Assembly (NCBI GenBank): GCA_964016885.1
Contig: OZ024741.1
Location: 336,412,001-336,476,000, forward strand
Direction: 5' to 3'
DNA length: 64,000 nt
From: Eledone cirrhosa
Taxonomy: Eukaryota
Of the stretch, positions 12,001 through 24,000 are shown piece after piece. Made by a program: the position numbers and the translations under genes. The notes under the pieces were generated by a model that was not told where the DNA came from, searched no databases, and was given only the letters and a program-made list of their open reading frames with translations. The stretch's first letter is position 1, and each line of letters begins with the position of its first letter.

Positions 12001-15000
12001 GAAGGTAGTCTGTAGGAAGGTAGTCTGTAGGAAGGTAGTCTGTAGGAAGGTAGACTGTAGGAAGGTAGTCTGCAGGAAGGTAGTCTGCAGGAAGGTACTC
12101 TGTAGGAAGGTACTCTGTAGGAAGGTAGTCTGCAGGAAGGTAGTCTGTAGGAAGGTAGTCTGTAGGAAGGTAGTCTGTAGGAAGGTAGTCTGTAGGAAGG
12201 TACTCTGTAGGAAGGTAGTCTGTAGGAAGGTAGTCTGTAGGAAGGTAGTCTGTAGGAAGGTACTCTGTAGGAAGGTAGTCTTTAGGAAGGTAGTCTGTAG
12301 GAAGGTACTCTGTAGGAAGGTAGTCTTTAGGAAGGTAGTCTGTAGGAAGGTACTCTGTAGGAAGGTACTCTGTAGGAAGGTAGTCTGTAGGAAGGTAGTC
12401 TGTAGGAAGGTAGTCTGTAGGAAGGTACTTTGTAGGAAGGTACTCTGTAGGAAGGTAGTCTGTAGGAAGGTAGTCTTTAGGAAGGTAGTCTGTAGGAAGG
12501 TACTCTGTAGGAAGGTAGTCTGTAGGAAGGTAGTCTGTAGGAAGGTACTCTGTAGGAAGGTACTCTGTAGGAAGGTAGTCTGTAGGAAGGTAGTCTGTAG
12601 GAAGGTAGTCTGTAGGAAGGTAGTCTGTAGGAAGGTACTTTGTAGGAAGGTACTCTGTAGGAAGGTAGTCTGTAGGAAGGTAGTCTGTAGGAAGGTAGTC
12701 TTTAGGAAGGTAGTCTGTAGGAAGGTACTCTGTAGGAAGGTACTCTGTAGGAAGGTAGTCTGTAGGAAGGTAGTCTGTAGGAAGGTAGTCTGTAGGAAGG
12801 TACTTTGTAGGAAGGTACTCTGTAGGAAGGTAGTCTGTAGGAAGGTAGTCTTTAGGAAGGTAGTCTGTAGGAAGGTACTCTGTAGGAAGGTACTCTGTAG
12901 GAAGGTAGTCTGTAGGAAGGTAGTCTGTAGGAAGGTAGTCTGTAGGAAGGTACTTTGTAGGAAGGTACTCTGTAGGAAGGTAGTCTGTAGGAAGGTAGTC
13001 TTTAGGAAGGTAGTCTGTAGGAAGGTAGTCTGTAGGAAGGTACTCTGTAGGAAGGTAGTCTGTAGGAAGGTAGTCTTTAGGAAGGTAGTCTGTAGGAAGG
13101 TAGTCTGTAGGAAGGTAGTCTGTAGGAAGGTAGTCTGTAGGAAGGTACTTTGTAGGAAGGTACTCTGTAGGAAGGTAGTCTGTAGGAAGGTAGTCTTTAG
13201 GAAGGTAGTCTGTAGGAAGGTAGTCTTTAGGAAGGTAGTCTTTAGGAAGGTAGTCTGTAGGAAGGTACTCTGTAGGAAGGTACTCTGTAGGAAGGTAGTC
13301 TGTAGGAAGGTAGTCTGTAGGAAGGTAGTCTGTAGGAAGGTAGTCTGTAGGAAGGTACTTTGTAGGAAGGTACTCTGTAGGAAGGTAGTCTGTAGGAAGG
13401 TAGTCTTTAGGAAGGTAGTCTGTAGGAAGGTACTCTGTAGGAAGGTACTCTGTAGGAAGGTAGTCTGTAGGAAGGTAGTCTGTAGGAAGGTAGTCTGTAG
13501 GAAGGTAGTCTGCAGGAAGGTAGTCTGTAGGAAGGTAGTCTGTAGGAAGGTAGTCTGTAGGAAGGTAGTCTGTAGGAAGGTACTCTGTAGGAAGGTAGTC
13601 TGAAGGAAGGTACTCTGTAGGAAGGTAGTCTGTAGGAAGCTACTCTGTAGGAAGGTACTCTGTAGGAAGGTAGTCTGTAGGAAGGTAGTCTTTAGGAAGG
13701 TAGTCTGTAGGAAGGTAGTCTGTAGGAAGGTACTCTGTAGGAAGGTAGTCTGTAGGAAGGTAGTCTGTAGGAAGGTAGTCTGTAGGAAGGTACTTTGTAG
13801 GAAGGTACTCTGTAGGAAGGTAGTCTGTAGGAAGGTAGTCTTTAGGAAGGTAGTCTGTAGGAAGGTAGTCTTTAGGAAGGTAGTCTTTAGGAAGGTAGTC
13901 TGTAGGAAGGTACTCTGTAGGAAGGTACTCTGTAGGAAGGTAGTCTGTAGGAAGGTAGTCTGTAGGAAGGTAGTCTGTAGGAAGGTAGTCTGTAGGAAGG
14001 TACTTTGTAGGAAGGTACTCTGTAGGAAGGTAGTCTGTAGGAAGGTAGTCTTTAGGAAGGTAGTCTGTAGGAAGGTACTCTGTAGGAAGGTACTCTGTAG
14101 GAAGGTAGTCTGTAGGAAGGTAGTCTGTAGGAAGGTAGTCTGTAGGAAGGTAGTCTGCAGGAAGGTAGTCTGTAGGAAGGTAGTCTGTAGGAAGGTAGTC
14201 TGTAGGAAGGTAGTCTGTAGGAAGGTACTCTGAAGGAAGGTAGTCTGTAGGAAGGTAGTCTGTAGGAAGGTAGTCTGTAGGAAGGTACTCTGTAGGAAGG
14301 TACTCTGTGGGAAGGTACTCTATAGGAAGGTAGTCTGTAGGAAGGTACTCTGTAGGAAAGTAGTCTATAGGAAGGTAGTCTGTAGGAAGGTAGTCTGTAG
14401 GAAGGTACTCTGTAGGAAGGTACTCTGAAGGAAGGTAGTCTGTAGGAAGGTAGTCTGTAGGAAGGTAGTCTGTAGGAAGGTACTCTGTAGGAATGTAGTC
14501 TGTAGGAAGGTACTCTGTAGGAAGGTAGTCTGTAGGAAGGTAGTCTGTAGGAAGGTAGTCTGTAGGAAGGTAGTCTGTAGGAAGGTAGTCTGTAGGAAGG
14601 TACTCTGTAGGAAGGTAGTCTGTAGGAAGGTACTCTGTAGGAAGGTAGTCTTTAGGAAGGTAGTCTGTAGGAAGGTAGTCTGTAGGAAGGTACTCTGTAG
14701 GAAGGTAGTCTGTAGGAAGGTAGTCTGTATGAAGGTAGTCTGTAGGAAGGTAGTCTGTAGGAAGGTACTCTGAAGGAAGGTACTCTGTAGGAAGGTAGTC
14801 TGTAGGAAGGTACTCTGTAGGAAGGTAGTCTTTAGGAAGGTAGTCTGTAGGAAGGTACTCTGAAGGAAGGTACTCTGTAGGAAGGTAGTCTGTAGGAAGG
14901 TACTCTGTAGGAAGGTTGTCTGTAGGAATGTACTCTGTAGGAAGGTACTCTGTAGGAAGGTAGTCTGCAGGAAGGTACTCTGTAGGAAGGTAGTCTGTAG

Positions 15001-18000
15001 GAAGGTACTCTGTAGGAAGGTACTCTGTAGGAAGGTAGTCTGTAGGAAGGTAGTCTGTAGGAAGGTAGTCTGTAGGAAGGTACTCTGTAGGAAGGTAGTC
15101 TGTAGGAAGGTACTCTGTAGGAAGGTACTCTGTAGGAAGGTAGTCTGTAGGAAGGTAGTCTGTAGGAAGGAAGTCTGTAGGTAGGTAGTCTGTAGGAAGG
15201 TAGTCTGTAGGAAGGTAGTCTGTAGGAAGGTACTCTGTAGGAAGGTAGTCTATACGAAGGTAGTCTGTATGAAGTTACTTTGTAGGAAGGTAGTCTGTAG
15301 GAAGGTAGTCTGTAGGAAGGTACTCTGTAGGAAGGTAGTCTGTAGGAAGGTAGTCTGTAGGAAGGTAGTCTGTAGGAAGGTAGTCTGTAGGAAGGTACTC
15401 TGTAGGAAGGTAGTCTATACGAAGGTAGTCTGTATGAAGTTACTTTGTAGGAAGGTAGTCTGTAGGAAGGTACTCTGTAGGAAGGTACTCTGTAGGAAGG
15501 TAGTCTGTAGGAAGGTAGTCTGTAGGAAGGTAGTCTGTAGGAAGGTAGTCTGTAGGAAGGTAGTCTGTAGGAAGGTAGTCTGTAGGAAGGTAGTCTGTTG
15601 GAAGGTAGTCTGTAGGAAGGTAGTCTGTAGGAAGGTAGTCTGTAGGAAGGTAGTCTGTAGGAAGGTACTCTGTAGGAAGGTAGTCTGTAGGAAGGTACTC
15701 TGTAGGAAGGTAGTCTGCAGGAAGGTAGTCTGTAGGAAGGTACTCTGTAGGAAGGTAGTCTGTAGGAAGGTAGTCTGTAGGAAGGTAGTCTGTAGGAAGG
15801 TAGTCTGTACGAAGGTACTCTGTAGGAAGGTACTCTGTAGGAAGGTACTCTGTAGGAAGGTAGTCTGTAGGAAGGTAGTCTGTAGGAAGGTAGTCTGTAG
15901 GAAGGTAGTCTGTAGGAATGTACTCTGTAGGAAGGTAGTCTGTAGGAAGGTAGTCTGTAGGAAGGTAGTCTGTAGGAAGGTACTCTGTAGGAAGGTACTC
16001 TGTAGGAAGGTTGTCTGTAGGAAGGTAGTCTGTAGGAAGGTAGTCTTTAGGAAGGTAGTCTGTAGGAAGGTACTCTGTAGGAAGGTAGTCTGTAGGAAGG
16101 TACTCTGTAGGAAGGTACTCTGTAGGAAGGTAGTCTGTAGGAAGGTAGTCTGTAGGAAGGAAGTCTGTAGGTAGGTAGTCTGTAGGAAGGTAGTCTTTAG
16201 GAAGGTAGTCTGTAGGAAGGTACTCTGTAGGAAGGTAGTCTGTAGGAAGGTAGTCTGTAGGAAGGTAGTCTGTAGGTAGGTAGTCTGTAGGAAGGTAGTC
16301 TGTAGGAAGGTAGTCTGTAGGAAGGTAGTCTGTAGGAAGGTAGTCTGTAGGAAGGTAGTCTGCAGGAAGGTAGTCTGTAGGAAGGTAGTCTGTAGGAAGG
16401 TAGTCTGTAGGAAGGTTGTCTGTAGGAAGGTAGTCTTTAGGAAGGTAGTCTGTAGGAAGGTAGTCTGAAGGAAGGTAGTCTGTAGGAAGGTAGTCTGTAG
16501 GAAGGTAGTCTGTAGGAAGGTAGTCTGTAGGAAGGTAGTCTGTAGGAAGGTAGTCTGTAGGAAGGTAGTCTGTAGGAAGGTAGTCTGAAGGAAGGTAGTC
16601 TGTAGGAAGGTAGTCTGTAGGAAGGTAGTCTGTAGGAAGGTAGTCTGTAGGTAGGTAGTCTGTAGGAAGGTAGTCTGTAGGAAGGTAGTCTGTAGGAAGG
16701 TAGTCTTTAGGAAGGTACTCTGTAGGAAGGTAGTCTTTAGGAAGGTAGTCTGTAGGAAGGTAGTCTGAAGGAAGGTAGTCTGCAGGAAGGTACTCTGTAG
16801 GAAGGTAGTCTGTAGGAAGGTAGTCTGTAGGAAGGTAGTCTTTAGGAAGGTAGTCTGTAGGAAGGTAGTCTGTAGGAAGGTAGTCTGTAGGAAGGTACTC
16901 TGTAGGAAGGTAGTCTTTAGGAAGGTACTCTGTAGGAAGGTAGTCTTTAGGAAGGTAGTCTGTAGGAAGGTACTCTGTAGGAAGGTAGTCTGTAGGAAGG
17001 TAGTCTGTAGGAAGGTACTCTGTAGGAAGGTAGTCTGTAGGAAGGTAGTCTGTAGGAAGGTAGTCTGTAGGAAGGTAGTCTGTAGGAAGGTACTCTGTAG
17101 GAAGGTAGTCTTTAGGAAGGTACTCTGTAGGAAGGTAGTCTTTAGGAAGGTAGTCTGTAGGAAGGTAGTCTGTAGGAAGGTAGTCTGTAGGAAGGTAGTC
17201 TGTAGGAAGGTAGTCTGTAGGAAGGTACTCTGTAGGAAGGTAGTCTTTAGGAAGGTAGTCTGTAGGAAGGTACTCTGTAGGAAGGTAGTCTGTAGGAAGG
17301 TAGTCTGTAGGAAGGTAGTCTGTAGGAAGGTACTCTGTAGGAAGGTAGTCTGTAGGAAGGTAGTCTGTAGGAAAGTAGTCTGTAGGAAGGTAGTCTGTAG
17401 GAAGGTAGTCTGTAGGAAGGTAGTCTGTAGGAAGGTAGTCTGTAGGAAGGTAGTCTGTAGGAAGGTAGTCTGTAGGAAGGTAGTCTGTAGGAAGGTAGTC
17501 TGTAGGAAGGTAGTCTGTAGGGAGGTAGTCTTTAGGAAGGTAGTCTGTAGGAAGGTACTCTGTAGGAAGGTAGTCTGTAGGAAGGTAGTCTGTAGGGAGG
17601 TAGTCTTTAGGAAGGTAGTCTGTAGGAAGGTACTCTGTAGGAAGGTAGTCTTTAGGAAGGTACTCTGTAGGAAGGTACTCTGTAGGAAGGTAGTCTTTAG
17701 GAAGGTACTCTGTAGGAAGGTAGTCTGTAGGAAGGTAGTCTGTAGGAAGGTAGTCTGTAGGAAGGTAGTCTTTAGGAAGGTAGTCTGTAGGAATGTACTC
17801 TGTAGGAAGGTACTCTGTAGGAAGGTAGTCTGTAGGAAGGTAGTCTGTAGGAAGGTAGTCTGTAGGAAGGTACTCTGTAGGAAGGTAGTCTGTAGGAAGG
17901 TAGTCTGTAGGAATGTACTCTGTAGGAAGGTACTCTGTAGGAAGGTAGTCTTTAGGAAGGTAGTCTGTAGGAAGGTACTCTGTAGGAAGGTAGTCTTTAG

Positions 18001-21000
18001 GAAGGTACTCTGTAGGAAGGTAGTCTGTAGGAAGGTAGTCTGTAGGAATGTACTCTGTAGGAAGGTACTCTGTAGGAAGGTAGTCTGTAGGAAGGTAGTC
18101 TGTAGGAATGTACTCTGTAGGAAGGTACTCTGTAGGAAGGTAGTCTGTAGGAAGGTAGTCTGTAGGAATGTACTCTGTAGGAAGGTACTCTGTAGGAAGG
18201 TAGTCTTTAGGAAGGTAGTCTGTAGGAAGGTACTCTGTAGGAAGGTAGTCTTTAGGAAGGTACTCTGTAGGAAGGTAGTCTGTAGGAAGGTAGTCTGTAG
18301 GAAGGTACTCTGTAGGAAGGTAGTCTGTAGGAAGGTAGTCTGCAGGAAGGTAGTCTGTAGGAAGGTAGTCTGTAGGAAGGTAGTCTGTAGGAAGGTAGTC
18401 TTTAGGAAGGTAGTCTGTAGGAAGGTACTCTGTAGGAAGGTAGTCTTTAGGAAGGTACTCTGTAGGAAGGTAGTCTGTAGGAAGGTAGTCTGTAGGAAGG
18501 TAGTCTGTAGGAAGGTAGTCTTTAGGAAGGTAGTCTGTAGGAAGGTACTCTGTAGGAAGGTAGTCTTTAGGAAGGTACTCTGTAGGAAGGTAGTCTGTAG
18601 GAAGGTAGTCTGTAGGAAGGTACTCTGTAGGAAGGTAGTCTGTAGGAAGGTAGTCTGCAGGAAGGTAGTCTGTAGGAAGGTAGTCTGTAGGAAGGTAGTC
18701 TGTAGGAAGGTAGTCTTTAGGAAGGTAGTCTGTAGGAAGGTAGTCTGTAGGAAGGTACTCTGTAGGAAGGTACTCTGTAGGAAGGTAGTCTGTAGGAATG
18801 TACTCTGTAGGAAGGTACTCTGTAGGAAGGTAGTCTGTAGGAAGGTAGTCTGTAGGAAGGTACTCTGTAGGAAGGTAGTCTGTAGGAAGGTAGTCTGTAG
18901 GAAGGTACTCTGTAGGAAGGTACTCTGTAGGAAGGTAGTCTGTAGGAAGGTAGTCTATAGGAAGGTAGTCTGTAGGAAGGTAGTCTGTAGGAAGGTAGTC
19001 TATAGGAAGGTAGTCTGTAGGAAGGTAGTCTTTAGGAAGGTAGTCTGTAGGAAGGTACTCTGTAGGAAGGTACTCTGTAGGAAGGTAGTCTGTAGGAAGG
19101 TAGTCTGTAGGAAGGTACTCTGTAGGAAGGTAGTCTGTAGGAAGGTAGTCTATAGGAAGGTAGTCTGAAGGAAGGTACTCTGTAGGAAGGTACTCTGTAG
19201 GAAAGTAGTCTGTAGGAAGGTAGTCTGTAGGAAGGTACTCTGTAGGAAGGTACTCTGTAGGAAGTTACTCTGTAGGAAGGTACTCTGTAGGAAAGTAGTC
19301 TGTAGGAAGGTAGTCTGAAGGAAGGTAGTCTGTAGGAAGGTAGTCTGTAGGAAGGTAGTCTGTAGGAAGGTAGTCTGTAGGAAGGTAGTCTGTAGGAAGG
19401 TAGTCTGCAGGAAGGTAGTCTGTAGGAAGGTTGTCTGTAGGAAGGTAGTCTGTAGGAAGGTAGTCTGCAGGAAGGTAGTCTGCAGGAAGGTAGTCTGTAG
19501 GAAGGTTGTCTGTAGGAAGGTACTCTGTAGGAAGGTAGTCTGTAGGAAGTTACTCTGTAGGAAGGTACTCTGTAGGAAAGTAGTCTGTAGGAAGGTAGTC
19601 TGAAGGAAGGTAGTCTGTAGGAAGGTAGTCTGTAGGAAGGTAGTCTGCAGGAAGGTAGTCTGTAGGAAAGTAGTCTGTAGGAAGGTAGTCTGTAGGAAGG
19701 TAGTCTGCAGGAAGGTAGTCTGTAGGAAGGTAGTCTGTAGGAAGGTACTCTGTAGGAAAGTAGTCTGTAGGAAGGTAGTCTGTAGGAAGGTAGTCTGCAG
19801 GAAGGTAGTCTGTAGGAAGGTAGTCTGTAGGAAGGTAGTCTGCAGGAAGGTAGTCTGTAGGAAGGTTGTCTGTAGGAAGGTAGTCTGTAGGAAGGTAGTC
19901 TGCAGGAAGGTAGTCTGTAGGAAGGTACTCTGTAGGAAGGTAGTCTGTAGGAAGGTACTCTGTAGGAAGGTAGTCTGTAGGAAGGTACTCTGTAGGAAGG
20001 TACTCTGTAGGAAGGTAGTCTGTAGGAAGGTACTCTGTAGGAAGGTAGTCTGTAGGAAGGTACTCTGTAGGAAGGTAGTCTGTAGGAAGGTAGTCTGTAG
20101 GAAGGTAGTCTGTAGGAAGGTACTCTGTAGGAAAGTAGTCTGTAGGAAGGTACTCTGTAGGAAGGTACTCTGTAGGAAGGTAGTCTGTAGGAAGGTAGTC
20201 TGCAGGAAGGTAGTCTGTAGGAAGGTAGTCTGTAGGAAGGTAGTCTGTAGGAAGGTAGACTGTAGGAAGGTAGTCTGCAGGAAGGTAGTCTGTAGGAAGG
20301 TAGTCTTTAGGAAGGTAGTCTGTAGGAAGGTACTCTGTAGGAAGGTACTCTGTAGGAAGGTAGTCTGTAGGAAGGTAGTCTGTAGGAAGGTAGTCTGTAG
20401 GAAGGTAGTCTGCAGGAAGGTAGTCTGTAGGAAGGTAGTCTGTAGGAAGGTAGTCTGTAGGAAGGTAGTCTGTAGGAAGGTACTCTGTAGGAAGGTACTC
20501 TGTAGGAAGGTAGTCTGTAGGAAGGTAGTCTGTAGGAAGGTACTTTGTAGGAAGGTATTCTGTAGGAAGGTAGTCTGTAGGAAGGTAGTCTTTAGGAAGG
20601 TAGTCTGTAGGAAGGTACTCTGTAGGAAGGTACTCTGTAGGAAGGTAGTCTGTAGGAAGGTAGTCTGTAGGAAGGTAGTCTGTAGGAAGGTAGTCTGCAG
20701 GAAGGTAGTCTGTAGGAAGGTAGTCTGTAGGAAGGTAGTCTGTAGGAAGGTAGTCTGTAGGAAGGTAGTCTGTACGAAGGTACTCTGTAGGAAGGTACTC
20801 TGCAGGAAGGTAGTCTGTAGGAAGGTAGTCTGTAGGAAGGTAGTCTGAAGGAAGGTAGTCTGTAGGAAGGTAGTCTGTAGGAAGGTAGTCTGTAGGAAGG
20901 TACTCTGTAGGAAAGTACTCTGTAGGAAGGTAGTCTGAAGGAAGGTAGTCTGTAGGAAGCTACTCTGTAGGAAGGTGGTCTGTAGGAAGGTTGTCTGTAG

Positions 21001-24000
21001 GAAGGTAGTCTGAAGGAAGGTAGTCTGTAGGAAGGTAGTCTGTAGGAAGGTACTCTGTAGGAAGGTAGTCTGAAGGAAGGTAGTCTGTAGGAAGCTACTC
21101 TGTAGGAAGGTAGTCTGCAGGAAGGTAGTCTGTAGGAAGGTACTCTGTAGGAAGGTAGTCTGTAGGAAGGTAGTCTGTAGGAAGGTAGTCTGTAGGAAGG
21201 TTGTCTGTAGGAAGGTAGTCTGTAGGAAGGTAGTCTGTAGGAAGGTAGTCTGTAGGAAGGTACTCTGTAGGAAGGTAGTCTGTAGGAAGGTAGTCTGAAG
21301 GAAGGTAGTCTGTAGGAAGCTACTCTGTAGGAAGGTAGTCTGCAGGAAGGTAGTCTGTAGGAAGGTAGTCTGTAGGAAGGTAGTCTGTAGGAAGGTAGTC
21401 TGAAGGAAGGTAGTCTGTAGGAAGGTAGTCTGTAGGAAGGTACTCTGTAGGAAGGTAGTCTGTAGGAAGGTAGTCTGAAGGAAGGTAGTCTGTAGGAAGC
21501 TACTCTGTAGGAAGGTAGTCTGCAGGAAGGTACTCTGTAGGAAGGTAGTCTGTAGGAAGGTAGTCTGTAGGAAGGTACTCTGTAGGAAGGTAGTCTGTAG
21601 GAAGCTACTCTGTAGGAAGGTGGTCTGTAGGAAGGTTGTCTGTAGGAAGGTAGTCTGAAGGAAGGTAGTCTGTAGGAAGGTAGTCTGTAGGAAGGTACTC
21701 TGTAGGAAGGTAGTCTGAAGGAAGGTAGTCTGTAGGAAGCTACTCTGTAGGAAGGTGGTCTGTAGGAAGGTTGTCTGTAGGAAGGTAGTCTGAAGGAAGG
21801 TAGTCTGTAGGAAGCTACTCTGTAGGAAGGTGGTCTGTAGGAAGGTTGTCTGTAGGAAGGTAGTCTGAAGGAAGGTAGTCTGTAGGAAGGTAGTCTGTAG
21901 GAAGGTACTCTGTAGGAAGGTAGTCTGAAGGAAGGTAGTCTGTAGGAAGCTACTCTGTAGGAAGGTAGTCTGCAGGAAGGTAGTCTGTAGGAAGGTAGTC
22001 TGTAGGAAGGTAGTCTGTAGGAAGGTAGTCTGAAGGAAGGTAGTCTGTAGGAAGGTACTCTGTAGGAAGGTAGTCTGTAGGAAGGTAGTCTGTAGGAAGG
22101 TAGTCTGTAGGAAGGTTGTCTGTAGGAAGGTAGTCTGTAGGAAGGTAGTCTGTAGGAAGGTAGTCTGTAGGAAGGTACTCTGTAGGAAGGTAGTCTGTAG
22201 GAAGGTAGTCTGAAGGAAGGTAGTCTGTAGGAAGCTACTCTGTAGGAAGGTAGTCTGCAGGAAGGTAGTCTGTAGGAAGGTACTCTGTAGGAAGGTAGTC
22301 TGTAGGAAGGTAGTCTGTAGGAAGGTACTCTGTAGGAAGGTAGTCTGAAGGAAGGTAGTCTGTAGGAAGCTACTCTGTAGGAAGGTAGTCTGCAGGAAGG
22401 TAGTCTGTAGGAAGGTAGTCTGTAGGAAGGTAGTCTGTAGGAAGGTAGTCTGTAGGAAGGTAGTCTGTAGGAAGGTAGTCTGTAGGAAGGTAGTCTGTAG
22501 GAAGGTAGTCTGTAGGAAGGTACTCTGTAGGAAGGTACTCTGTAGGTAGGTAGTCTGTAGGAAGGTAGTCTGTAGGAAGGTACTCTGTAGGAAGGTAGTC
22601 TGAAGGAAGGTAGTCTGTAGGAAGCTACTCTGTAGGAAGGTAGTCTGCAGGAAGGTAGTCTGTAGGAAGGTACTCTGTAGGAAGGTAGTCTGTAGGAAGG
22701 TAGTCTGTAGGAAGGTAGTCTGTAGGAAGGTTGTCTGTAGGAAGGTAGTCTGTAGGAAGGTAGTCTGTAGGAAGGTAGTCTGTAGGAAGGTACTCTGTAG
22801 GAAGGTAGTCTGTAGGAAGGTAGTCTGAAGGAAGGTAGTCTGTAGGAAGCTACTCTGTAGGAAGGTAGTCTGCAGGAAGGTAGTCTGTAGGAAGGTACTC
22901 TGTAGGAAGGTAGTCTGTAGGAAGGTAGTCTGTAGGAAGGTAGTCTTTAGGAAGGTAGTCTGTAGGAAGGTACTCTGTAGGAAGGTACTCTGTAGGAAGG
23001 TAGTCTGTAGGAAGGTACTCTGTAGGAAGGTAGTCTGTAGGAAGGTAGTCTGTATGAAGGTAGTCTGTAGGAAGGTAGTCTGTAGGAAGCTACTCTGTAG
23101 GAAGGTACTCTGTAGGAAGGTAGTCTGTAGGAAGGTAGTCTGTAGGAAGGTAGTCTGTAGGAAGGTACTTTGTAGGAAGGTACTCTGTAGGAAGGTAGTC
23201 TGTAGGAAGGTAGTCTATAGGAAGGTAGTCTGTAGGAAGGTAGTCTGTACGAAGGTACTCTGTAGGAATGTAGTCTGTAGGAATGTAGTCTGTAGGAAGG
23301 TACTCTGTAGGAAGGTAGTCTGTAAGAAGGTACTCTGTAGGAAGGTAGTCTGTAGGAAGGTACTCTGTAGGAAGGTAGTCTGTAGGAAGGTACTCTGTAG
23401 GAAGGTAGTCTGTAGGAAGGTACTCTGTAGGAAGGTTGTCTGAAGGAAGGTACTCTGTAGGAAGGTAGTCTGTAGGAGGGTACTCTGTAGGAAGGTAGTC
23501 TGTAGGAAGGTACTCTGTAGGAAGGTACTCTGAAGGAAGGTAGTCTGTAGGAAGGTAGTCTGTAGGAAGGTACTCTGTAGGAAGGTAGTCTGTAGGAAGG
23601 TACTCTGTAGGAAGGTACTCTGAAGGAAGGTAGTCTGTAGGAAGGTAGTCTGTAGGAAGGTAGTCTGTAGGAAGGTACTCTGTAGGAAGGTACTCTGTAG
23701 GAAGGTACTCTATAGGAAGGTAGTCTGTAGGAAGGTACTCTGTAGGAAAGTAGTCTATAGGAAGGTAGTCTGTAGGAAGGTAGTCTGTAGGAAGGTACTC
23801 TGTAGGAAGGTACTCTGAAGGAAGGTAGTCTGTAGGAAGGTAGTCTGTAGGAAGGTAGTCTGTAGGAAGGTACTCTGTAGGAATGTAGTCTGTAGGAAGG
23901 TACTCTGTAGGAAGGTAGTCTGTAGGAAGGTAGTCTGTAGGAAGGTAGTCTGTAGGAAGGTAGTCTGTAGGAAGGTAGTCTGTAGGAAGGTACTCTGTAG